A stretch of 64,000 nt of DNA from Cyanidioschyzon merolae (taxonomy: Eukaryota). How positions within the stretch are numbered: position 1 is the stretch's first letter; every line of letters starts with the position of its first letter. The stretch lies in the NCBI GenBank assembly GCA_000091205.1, contig AP006487.2; one strand, written 5' to 3'. The translations under genes and the position numbers were made by a program. Of this stretch, positions 1 to 9,337 are shown piece by piece. The notes below the pieces were generated by a model. The model saw nothing but the letters and a program-made list of their open reading frames with translations, searched no databases and was not told where the DNA came from.

Positions 1-2518
1 TGAGCAGCGGCGATACACTCGATGGTGTCGAGTTCTCTGTCTGCAGAGACGGTGTGCCGGTGCATGTGCCGGTGCCGGTCTCGCTGGGGCCTCCTCCAAA
101 CTCCGGTCCTTCGCTAGATGATGCAGCGCGGCTAGCGCACGCGTTCTCAGCAACCGCTGCTGGTACGACTCCAGTCCCAAGGATGCTTCCTGGCGTGATT
201 GTGGCCGCAGCCGAAGCCGCAGCAGCTGCGTGGGGCGAAAGCGGCGATATGCGCGCATAGCTCCATGGGCCCCAGTCTGCTTGAGGCTGCTCCAAGAACG
301 TTCCTCTCATTGGGGCCAGGTAAAACGAGTGCCCGAACGGGTCTAGGTGCTGATCAGATTCATCATTGCTGGGAGTACCAAGAACAGAGCAACCAGCTGC
401 ACCGGTAGGCGCGACACACAGCGAGCTGCTGAATCCTCCAGGGTGCTGCTCGCAGACCTCTCCGCCTGGAATCTCCAGCGGCGGGAGCAGCCTCTGGCGA
501 GCGCGTACACCCCGCAAGGCATCTTGCGTTGCTATCGCTCGAGACGGTGACCTTGTCGCTGCGAACATGAGCGGTGTCGGTGTCGGTATCGGTGTCGGCG
601 GTACTGCTGTAGCGCACTGCTCCATTGGGGTAGAGGGCGCTCGGCTCAAAGCTCGTGTCGTTTGTGGTGCGCATGTCGATGCTACCGACAACGAAGTCGA
701 TGCTGATGTTGACGACGACGACGACGACGACGATGGCGGCGGCGGCGGCGGTACATGCAAGGCATCCGTTGTCCTCGTTGCCGACAGGAAGCGTAGCAGC
801 TCTGCAACGACCTCGTTGTGGCCATGCTGCGCAGCCAGGTGAACCGCAGTCTGTCCGTTCATGTTCGCTGCGTGCGCATTGACGGCGGGCAGTACACCAG
901 CGCCCCGAATCCAAGCTGCAACCTGCAGCAAAAGGCGCACGCTTTCCGTCTTACCGTACTTGGCTGCGATCATAAGCGGCGTGTTCCCATCCTGTGCATC
1001 GGGCATGTCAAGCACATCGGCGGCATCCCAGAGCGGTACGCCCTGTGCCACCGGTGGTAAACCCAAGCACGCGCGCACGTCTGTGACCGTGATGAGTTCG
1101 CGCAGCACTTCGACATGGCCATAGCGTGCAGCGAAAGTCGCCGCCGTCCACCCTCGAGTGGAAGTTCTGCGCCTAGGATCGACACCGTCCCACAACGAGA
1201 GCAAATGGCGTACACATTTCGCGTGCCCGTGCTGCGCTGCGAGCATGAGCGCGGTGGCGCCCTCACCACATGGTGCATCGAGCACTGCCTGAAGCCACCG
1301 CTTTGCTGTGATAGTGACTGTCCCATTGGAGTCTGTGCCTGTCGTAAGGAGTGCAGATACCCTATGTTTCGCGAATTCGACCAGGAGCGCAACCACAGCC
1401 TCTTGACCGTGCTTCGCCGCGACGTGAATCGGCGTCATCCGCTTCCAATCAGCGGCAACGAGGTCCGCTTCGATTCGGACGAGCTCTTCGCCACCGTTCT
1501 TCAGCGCCGATTCGAGAATGGTCTGCACAACCTGAATATGGCCAAAGCGGCATGCGTAGTGCAGCGGAGTTGAGTTCTTCTTCCGAGACGGCGACACTGG
1601 GCCTTGAATGGCGGTCAGGGACGAGTAATTCGTGGTCGCCGAAGTTGGCGTGCTGATCGTGGACAACGGTGACGCCAGAGGGCATGTGCCTGCGCCCGCC
1701 GTTGCCAGCGGGCTTGGTTGCACTGCGCACACCAACCCTGGCGCCAGCGCTTGCGCAGCGGCAGGCGCGCACTTCACATACTGGAGCCCAGCGGAGACGC
1801 ACGCAGTGGTGCCGCTTTCGCTGCCGGTGTGCTCGCCTCGGAACGTGAACGCTGGGTCAGTTCGCTCATCGATGGAGCATAGAGGCGGCGTTATCTCGGC
1901 GGGCGCAGTTGCTCCACAGCGACTCTGTCTGAGCCCGGCGATATGCCCCGCGAACGTCTGCTCGTTCCGTGTACTGACGGCAGCGGCGCTTGCAAACGCG
2001 GGCGCATTTGGGTTCGGTGCTCCCGTTGCCTTCGCCGACGCTCCCTGGATGGCTGCATTCGCGTACGGAGTATGAACGTCCGCAGGGATTCCCGATACCG
2101 TTGCCGACGCCGGCGGTAGGCAGTTCGTCTCGAAAGCGCGGTTTCGGAGTGAACTTGCTTGAAACGCCTCTGCGACCCGAGAGGCACGCAGGCCGCCGAC
2201 CCGAGCACATCCAGCCGAACGCTCAGCGCCCGCTCCCGGCAATCTACGAGCCACGCTGGGCAAGGGCTTGCGTTCTGCTTGGGACCTATGTATGGCATCT
2301 TTGTGAAATCTCTGCTCCTCGTTTGAAGCTAGCGATTGCTCTGACCCGAGAGCATTCCGGACCGAGAAGTGACCATTGATATAGCTGCCAGTGCTGCTGG
2401 GTATACGCTCCGTGCTTTGCGTTCCCATCCGAGGCTCGCCCGATGGTCGCCGTTCCAGACGCTCTGACGATACGGGCTTTGCGCCCAGCACACCCGGAGT
2501 TCCAGCTCCGTGCTCCAT
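1..2518 (-). CDS. Ankyrin-repeat protein, partial (3' end beyond the window start); N-terminal Ala/Ser/Gly-rich region, central ankyrin repeats, S/T/P-rich C-terminal region
   Basis: Not in the supplied ORF track, probably because it has no stop inside the window. The third minus-strand frame is open from an ATG near 2516-2518 to position 1. Manual translation gives at least 5 canonical ankyrin repeats between about 800 and 1650: NSTPLHYACRFGHIQVVQTIL, MTPIHVAAKHGQEAVVALLV, GATALMLAAQHGHAKCVRHLL, GNTPLMIAAKYGKTESVRLLLQ, GQTAVHLAAQHGHNEVVAELL. A (GAC)n/(GGC)n run at about 700-745 encodes poly-Ser/Pro. Start coordinate is accurate to within a few nt. Confidence 0.75.
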   Translation of the reverse strand, partial: MEHGAGTPGVLGAKPVSSERLERRPSGEPRMGTQSTERIPSSTGSYINGHFSVRNALGSEQSLASNEEQRFHKDAIHRSQAERKPLPSVARRLPGAGAERSAGCARVGGLRASRVAEAFQASSLRNRAFETNCLPPASATVSGIPADVHTPYANAAIQGASAKATGAPNPNAPAFASAAAVSTRNEQTFAGHIAGLRQSRCGATAPAEITPPLCSIDERTDPAFTFRGEHTGSESGTTACVSAGLQYVKCAPAAAQALAPGLVCAVQPSPLATAGAGTCPLASPLSTISTPTSATTNYSSLTAIQGPVSPSRKKNSTPLHYACRFGHIQVVQTILESALKNGGEELVRIEADLVAADWKRMTPIHVAAKHGQEAVVALLVEFAKHRVSALLTTGTDSNGTVTITAKRWLQAVLDAPCGEGATALMLAAQHGHAKCVRHLLSLWDGVDPRRRTSTRGWTAATFAARYGHVEVLRELITVTDVRACLGLPPVAQGVPLWDAADVLDMPDAQDGNTPLMIAAKYGKTESVRLLLQVAAWIRGAGVLPAVNAHAANMNGQTAVHLAAQHGHNEVVAELLRFLSATRTTDALHVPPPPPPSSSSSSSSTSASTSLSVASTCAPQTTRALSRAPSTPMEQCATAVPPTPIPTPTPLMFAATRSPSRAIATQDALRGVRARQRLLPPLEIPGGEVCEQHPGGFSSSLCVAPTGAAGCSVLGTPSNDESDQHLDPFGHSFYLAPMRGTFLEQPQADWGPWSYARISPLSPHAAAAASAAATITPGSILGTGVVPAAVAENACASRAASSSEGPEFGGGPSETGTGTCTGTPSLQTENSTPSSVSPLL

Positions 2519-4128
2519 TGTGCAATCCAATGTTCCCAGATGCAATCTATATGCTAGCAACGAAGAAGTAGTAGGCTTCAAAGAAGCGATGTCAACCGTC
2601 TCTTACCAGTAAGAGTCGGACAAAGCACTCAGCACAAAACGAAGCAGAACGAAACGGTGGCACTTGCGCTGCAGCGTGCCAGAGTGCGTGTCCAGCTGTC
2701 AGACACCGTCGTCACTTACGCGTCCGCTCTGAAAGCTGGACACGAACTTGCCCAAGGGCCTTGGCGAGAACGCGTCTTCGTTCCAAAAGCCTACTTTCGT
2801 ATGCCCAGTTTCCGAGGCTCCTTCACTATAAGAGAGCAAAGTCACAACCAAAGTCGTTGATTTGTTGCAACTTTCCCGCAACGTACCAAACTCGCGACTC
2901 TGCGTCTTGGTTGCGCTTTCACCAACTCGATTCCAGTAGCTGGAGGCTAGTGTCCACAAAAAGCACAAGTCCGACGTGAAACTCGTTCTACGCAGGTAGA
3001 GATGCTCCCAGAGGTCCGCACCGTCGTCGAGTCACCCCGAGGGCGTTGTCGGGTTTCGCGAACGAAGGAATATGTCGCAGTAGCAACGAGTTCCTTTCGA
3101 ATCCGAAACCTACGCCTCGTCAGTGTGTTTGGCCCGTCGATATCAAGTATGCGTTTCCCCGTATATGATATGACGTAACGGCACAATTGTCTGTTACTCG
3201 AAGAGCGAGCGACGCACGGACCGATGCGCGGGAAAAACCGACGGAACGGATGCGTGCACCGCCGTGACGCAGCGTCGATTTCTCCTTCGACGACACGCAT
3301 TCGATTTTGTGACACTTTAATGTAACGCTCGCGGGAGCGCGCGCGGCCACCCCGCGGGGATTTCGATTACATAGAGGTTATAGAGTTTCATGTCAATTGT
3401 GTTCCACTGCCAGGTGCAAGTACGCAACTGGTGTTTCGCGGTTCATAGAAGATGTATTCGGAGTGCGTTCAGTTCAAGAAATAAATACGCTAGAGGCAAT
3501 GGTTTCGACATGGGGTTCGTGGATCCCAGAGGCCCCGTATTGCAGGTTTCGACAAAAAAAGTGAAAAAATTCCTCTTCTTACGGAGCGTCGAGCAAAGAA
3601 GAGCGATTGACGAAGAAGCAGAAGGGGCGAACTGGGCGAGAAGAGGTATTTTCCGGACGGTGCGAAAATGAGACTCATGTCATACATAGGACGCTAGTCT
3701 TACGAATACTTGCATCGGTGAGTTCAACCAGAGGCAATGAACGCAATGAGTTCGTGAACCGGGAATCTCACACCGTCATTAAAATCAGAAAATGTGCGGT
3801 GCTGAACATGAGATTCGAGGAGCTGACGCGATCGAAGTAACTTGGGCAGCCTCTGGTACTCGACGTGTCCAGAAATATTCTGAAACCGATAAAAGTCGGC
3901 CGGTCAACGAAGGCGGGGAGGCGTATGCGCGTGCGTATACATACATAGCCTCCGTGGTCGTAGAACGTCTATTGGTTTCACGAAACATCGTATAAATGGA
4001 GCAGGTGCACTTGGCTAACTCTCGCGTCTACCCTAAAGATTTAGGCTGTTTCCAATGTCATCGACACCAGGCTTTGTGGAGGTTTTCTGAGACTGCTCCC
4101 TTTTTCTTGGACGTTGATACAGTTTTTT

Positions 4129-5299
4129 ATACGCTGCTCCGTCCTTTCATCCAGTTTCCCTCCTGATAGTCGAAGGCTGTCAACAGCTGCGTTCGAGTTC
4201 GGACGTGAAGTTTCGGGCACTTATCTATCTATGCCGTTCATGCAGAGGCCGAAGTCGTCATCTACATTTCGCTCGCCATTTTGATCTTCTTTGTATGCAG
4301 CAGCAGCAGCAGCAGCAGCAGCAGTGCACCGTCTCCAGCGGCGACACTTGGGTGCCGTCGGGTGCTTCTATAGGCGCACCACCATCCAGCCTCCTCCAGA
4401 CGCTGCCTCGTGTCGCGTCAAACTTGCTTCATCGCAAGGTGTACGCCCTTGAAGGACACAGGGGCGCTCCACTCGATGCCCCCCTCCGTTTCGACGCCTG
4501 GTGTCGTACACTGTGGTCGCGGCCTTCCTCTTGGCGATTCGTTCTGCGACTGTTCTGTCTGCTGGACACGCAAGAACGTACTGTTGCATCCAATAAGATA
4601 TTTTGTGGAAAGCGATCTTGTCCTTGATAAAACACGAACCAGAAGGAGAATTCAGACTGGACAACACGTCGAGGAATTCCGACCCGGCTACGCTTGCACC
4701 ATTGCGAGCGAGAGATACAAAAAAACTCAGACCGGAGTCCAAGCGCCTGTCCCGTGCAAACAGAAGCGACGTCAGCCACTGAGCACAGATCCCCAAAGAG
4801 GTATCATGCAGATTTCGAATCCAGATTCGTCGATGGCCACGACGAGAGGAGCAATCATCTATCAAACCGAAATTATTACAGGACATGGTATGTTCAGTGA
4901 TCTTTTCGCATGAGCTTGCGAAAAATTCGCCAACGGTCAACGTCGAGATTTTCTCCTCGTCAGTTCAGCAGCGCGAATCGCTGCGTACGATGGTTGCCTT
5001 TAAACATAAAGATCGAGAACGTGAAGAATATGTGATTTGAACCTGCTACACACAAGCAAAGAAGGATCGTGGATGCTTGCACGTCTGCATTGCATACGGA
5101 TATCGATTCTTTCTTGCGTTCCCATGTTCGACTGCGTCGCGAATCCTCTTCATTCCAGTGGTGTCACGCCTTGCAGCGACAATGCTTCCAAGGCGCTACA
5201 TCGAAAAAAAATAACGACCGAGAATCCTGAATCGACGTATGAATCCGCATCCCCTTATGGTTGCTCTTCTAGTATCGAGTCTGTACATCTCAAAAACAT
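4129..5299 (+). repeat. Copy A of a ~1.17 kb dispersed repeat; near-identical inverted partner at 61448-62604. Contains an internal (CAG)9 run at about 4298-4325
   Basis: The two regions are co-linear at the DNA level. The same ORF translations appear in both: MKFRALIYLCRSC... (4205-4627 + and 62115-62528 -), MTVGEFFASSCEKITEHTMS... (4368-4940 - and 61801-62313 +), MNLL[H/Y]TSKE[G/E]SWMLARLHCIRIS... (5037-5360 + and 61324-61704 -). They differ only by scattered substitutions and CAG-run length. Ends were estimated where flanking sequence diverges. Confidence 0.85.
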
Positions 5300-6338
5300 G
5301 CTCGGAAAATATCGACATGCCGGCACTGGCCAAGCAGTTCAGTATTCCATTCTAGTGTGACATGGGCGTAGCGTTCGAACGTTTCCGCATTGATCGACGG
5401 AAATGACATACTCAGTAGAGATCCCGGCTGGCAGGGTGATTTTCCGGGATTCGCGCCCATATTCCACCATTCCTCGCGCAAACCCCAGGTTCCGACATCC
5501 TCCTCCTAAACGCCCGTCGGAGACAATAGCCGTTTCGTAAGTTCCGGCCTGCACTGAGCCTGCCAAGAGCGTTTGCAATAATCCCTATGGCACCGGTGCG
5601 TACCTGGCACGACGAGAGCGCGGCTTTGGGAAACCACTGAAGGCGTCGGCTTGAGGCATGGTTCACCCGACACGAGGTCAGATCTCATAGACATTCCGAA
5701 GTCCAGCGGACTTGCTATGCAGGCGTGCCTTAAAGGCAAGACCCGTTCGAGTTACATGGCTTACAGGAGGAATCCTGGGGGCTCGTCTCCCCTTCACAAC
5801 CCTCTGAGGAAAGCGTCGTCGTTTCGCAAAATAGCGGTTTTGCTCCGAACCCGCGCGTGAGAAGGTGCACGAATCGCTGAACTCGTGTGCTCTTCCGTTT
5901 CGTGCCAAATTTCGCCTAAAAGGTACGGAGCACACGAAAGCGCACGCTCTTGGTGAACGTACCACCCGGCTCGATGGCCGACCCGGGGGATTCAGGTCAA
6001 AATGATCAGACTTGCAACGTAAAAAATCCGTTCAAGCTGATTCCACCTCAAGACGACTCCACTCTAAATCATCCATACCATAGCATAGAATTTGCTCTCG
6101 AGCCGGCAACCAACGGCATCCAAATGTTTTTCTGAGGAAGCACCACGACACAGCAAACCGGGAAGCGGAACACGCGCGGCAACGTCGGCGCCACCGGACA
6201 CACCATCATCTGCGCCACTACATAACTGCATATTTGTGCTGCTACTTGTTCAGTTCAAGCTGGTGCATTTTTTTGAAAAAGTGATCCTAGTCGACGTGAA
6301 CAAATACATATTTCCTTCCAACATACTACGAACAAGGT

Positions 6339-7652
6339 ATGCGGTTGAGATCACCGGACCAGTGGCTACGGATTCGGCGCTGGCGAAGAACTGGCGGGCG
6401 TTCAGGGCACCCCGTGCGCAACCTTGCCCTGCTTGTTGTTATGCTTGGCGTTGGCCTGCTCTGGCTACACCCCGAAGCGCACTGGTACCAGCGCCTCAGC
6501 GGGCAAGTTCGGGCTAGGTTACGAGAGCAGTCTGCCGGACACCTCGTGAGCAGCGCCGACCGGAGCGAATCGGCCTTGCGTGAGGCTGGACGTGGAATGA
6601 GTGCGACTGCGTCAGTGAAACTGGGTCAAGCTCGCTGCAGCTGTGCACAAGAAATAGATACAGCGTTTAACTGCTTAAAAGTTCAAAGCGACGTTTTGGT
6701 AAGAGCGCTGGTGACGACGGCGCTCAGTTACGCGAAACCGTGGCGCTGTCAAGACGCTGCCAGCCTGCTGGCTACGTGTTATCTGGATCAACGATATGGG
6801 AACTTGTCCAGCCCGACAGTAAGTCTCGCTACGGTGGAACAGCGCGTACTTGGCGGGTACAGTGATCCGTTCCAGGCGCTCTGGGCCTGTGAGTTCTACC
6901 TCGCCAACTTCCTGCTCTGCGTCGACGACCTGGTTGGCGGTTCCGGAAACACAACGCGGAGCCTCCTCGGCGGTGCAGGACATATTCTGGGCGAGCTCCT
7001 GGTGCCTGTGAGTCGACCAGACATGCGGAGTCGGCAAATACTTCGCGATCCGAAGCGGACGAGTAGCATCCTTTATTGTCTCTTGAACTGGCATCGATGG
7101 GTGCTCCATCTTCAAGAAAATACTGCATGTATCGAGCCCTGCGAGGCTGTTGATGCAGCGCCCACATTCGACAAGATCTGCACGGGCTCGCTCTGTGCGG
7201 TGCTGTTTCGCGAGCCGCGGGGTCCACCGGTGACGCTCGCGAGCCTCACGACACCGGAACGGCCAGTACCGCGAGCCTGCATCGCCTGGTTGTTTGATGT
7301 GCTCGCGCAACTGGCGCTGCTCGCGGACGAGAAAGAGCTCGGGTCCAATAACCTATTCGCGCTCAGTGAAACAGCGAGCTATGGATCATGCTGGCCAATC
7401 GCTCAGCGTCTCGCTGGTTGCCTGTATACAAACGTTGTCGACGGCAATGGTGGTGGCCTCATCGGCCCAGTGCATCGTTGTGATAAATCACTAGGTGATC
7501 TCAGCGAATGCATCGGGGGGATCGCTCTTCGAGAGACGGCCCTACATTGTGCGACGCGGGATAATCTCTGGGCAGTGCGATGTGCACCCATGGTAGATCT
7601 TGACTATCGATCTTGGTACTTTGGTACCATGCAACTTGCCGCAAAAACGTAG
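6339..7652 (+). CDS. Hypothetical protein (437 aa), no motif recognised; Cys-rich, possibly secreted or membrane
   Basis: Longest ORF in a 3.8 kb stretch with no other candidate. ATG start. Composition is protein-like rather than low-complexity. I could place no family. Confidence 0.4.
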   Translation: MRLRSPDQWLRIRRWRRTGGRSGHPVRNLALLVVMLGVGLLWLHPEAHWYQRLSGQVRARLREQSAGHLVSSADRSESALREAGRGMSATASVKLGQARCSCAQEIDTAFNCLKVQSDVLVRALVTTALSYAKPWRCQDAASLLATCYLDQRYGNLSSPTVSLATVEQRVLGGYSDPFQALWACEFYLANFLLCVDDLVGGSGNTTRSLLGGAGHILGELLVPVSRPDMRSRQILRDPKRTSSILYCLLNWHRWVLHLQENTACIEPCEAVDAAPTFDKICTGSLCAVLFREPRGPPVTLASLTTPERPVPRACIAWLFDVLAQLALLADEKELGSNNLFALSETASYGSCWPIAQRLAGCLYTNVVDGNGGGLIGPVHRCDKSLGDLSECIGGIALRETALHCATRDNLWAVRCAPMVDLDYRSWYFGTMQLAAKT

Positions 7653-8459
7653 TGAGCACATCGAAAGCGACATTCCCGCTTCTCGTTCCTTGAATATCTT
7701 ATGGAGCACGGGCGTGGTGCGGATGCTTTTCTGGTGCAGTGCTCCAGGTGGTAAGAGCGTTCGCAGAGCTGCGCGCTCGCCACCGAAAACGGTGCGGATT
7801 CACATCCGTGGACGAACGAGATGTCGTCATGACCGGAATTGGCTAGTTTTGGCCAGAACACTTTGCATATGGCTACCCTCGAGCTATTTGATGGCCAATC
7901 GGGTACCGCAAGCGGTGCACGACATGAGGGCGTCTCTTCCGAGCGAAGCGTGCTCGCAGACAGACAACCGCACAACCGTGCCGTCGTACAGGAACGCTGC
8001 CAAACAATTTCGCGAAGCAGTCCCACCGTCAACAAATCCTTTCCCCGCATGTTTTCACGAGGCGCTCGATCTCTAAGTCCAATACCCGGTACGAGGCAAA
8101 AGCAGCCAACAAACATCCTCGTTGGTGAACCCAATGGTCGCGACTCGCGAGACCTACACTGCCACAGACAGAGTGACTCGAATGCGTCATTATCAGCGGA
8201 CCAAAAGCATTCTCACCTCGTGTCTGAGAATATCATCGCAATGAGCGTCTTGACTCTATCTACGGACTCGCATCTGGGCAAGCGGGCTGCTTCGTTCCAG
8301 GCGCCACCTCGAACCACAAGGCGTGACACCATAGAGAGCACCTGTACCAGCAAAATAGACGGACACCGTCGACGTTCACGACCAAGAGGAGCAGCGCTAG
8401 CAACGACGAAGTACAGTTGCAAAGCTAAAATTGCAGTGCTCGAGTACGAATGCGTTATG

Positions 8460-8477
8460 ACACACACACACACACAC
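8460..8477. repeat. (AC)n dinucleotide microsatellite
   Basis: acacacacacacacacac seen directly. Confidence 0.9.
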
Positions 8478-9004
8478 GTAAATCTTCGACGTAATCCACT
8501 GCACTGTCCAGCGCCGGGCGGGTTGTTCGGAAGCGGCGCACCGCGCACGCGAGCTCAGTTAGCGCAGCGAAAAAGACGCACGCTCAAAAAATCAGTCGCA
8601 TAAAATGCCCAACATGTGAAGCGGATCTACCGCAAACAATCGGGAGACAACAGTCGACGTTGCGCCAAGTGCACCTGCCCTGAGAACAACCGTCAAGCTA
8701 CTGTTTCAGTGGAGGCGGCACACAGGCAAACCCATGAACCACCTTGATGCGTACCTCTAGAGCATCATAGAACTTCTCTTGCGCGCTCAGCGACGGTCGT
8801 CCCAGTTCCACTTTGTTCTCGTGTACCATAGACGGAGCCTTCGCGAGCGTAACTCCTCCACGTCCATCGCAAGTGGCGAAACGGAAGCCTGCCTGCAGCG
8901 CCTATCGGCACGTCGCTTGCGCCAGGACGTGCGATCACGCGCTCCTTTGCGCATCCTTCGTGTCATATTCATACGAAAATGTTCTATTATGTACTATATG
9001 CACG

Positions 9005-9118
9005 AAACGCGCACCAGCGCCCATCGATGGCGTCCAATGAATCCGAAAGGGTCATGTGCTGTACCAGTAGGGCAAACGCGCACCAGCGCCCATCTGTCAC
9101 GTCCAATTAATCCAAACT
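9005..9118 (+). repeat. Imperfect 2x direct repeat (about 45 bp unit, about 69 bp period) 220-330 bp upstream of the PEPC ATG; a TATA-like tactatatg lies just 5' at about 8990
   Basis: aaacgcgcaccagcgcccatcgatggcgtccaatgaatccgaaag and aaacgcgcaccagcgcccatctgtcacgtccaattaatccaaact read directly. Also visible as the repeated TRTSAH in ORF 8779-9285. Confidence 0.7.
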
Positions 9119-9337
9119 TGTTCCTATTCTCATGCAACCGGCCTGTCGACGCCGCGGCCGCGCGAGCATTCATGGCCCCTCAACGTCTGCTTGCGATCCA
9201 GATGCGCGCAGTGCCCCGAGCCGCCGCAGCCGCCGCAGCTGCCGCAATGCATCTGTGGCGATGGCGGCATTCTTCCATACGTTGAGCTCCACTGAAATTT
9301 CAGGGATTGGTCGTAGCTGCCCCAACTGCCCCACAAC

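Noticed and set aside
4205-4627. ORFs inside the 1.17 kb repeat (MKFRALIYLC..., MTVGEFFASS..., MSRQTCFIAR..., MNLLHTSKEG...) as protein-coding genes
   Set aside because: Overlapping ORFs on both strands of the same element, no recognisable domains, and their preservation in copy B is explained by about 97% DNA identity rather than purifying selection.
8779-9285. ORF 8779-9285 (+) upstream of PEPC
   Set aside because: Its repeated TRTSAH peptide just reflects the duplicated 45 bp DNA motif. It is interpreted as promoter/5' flank rather than coding.
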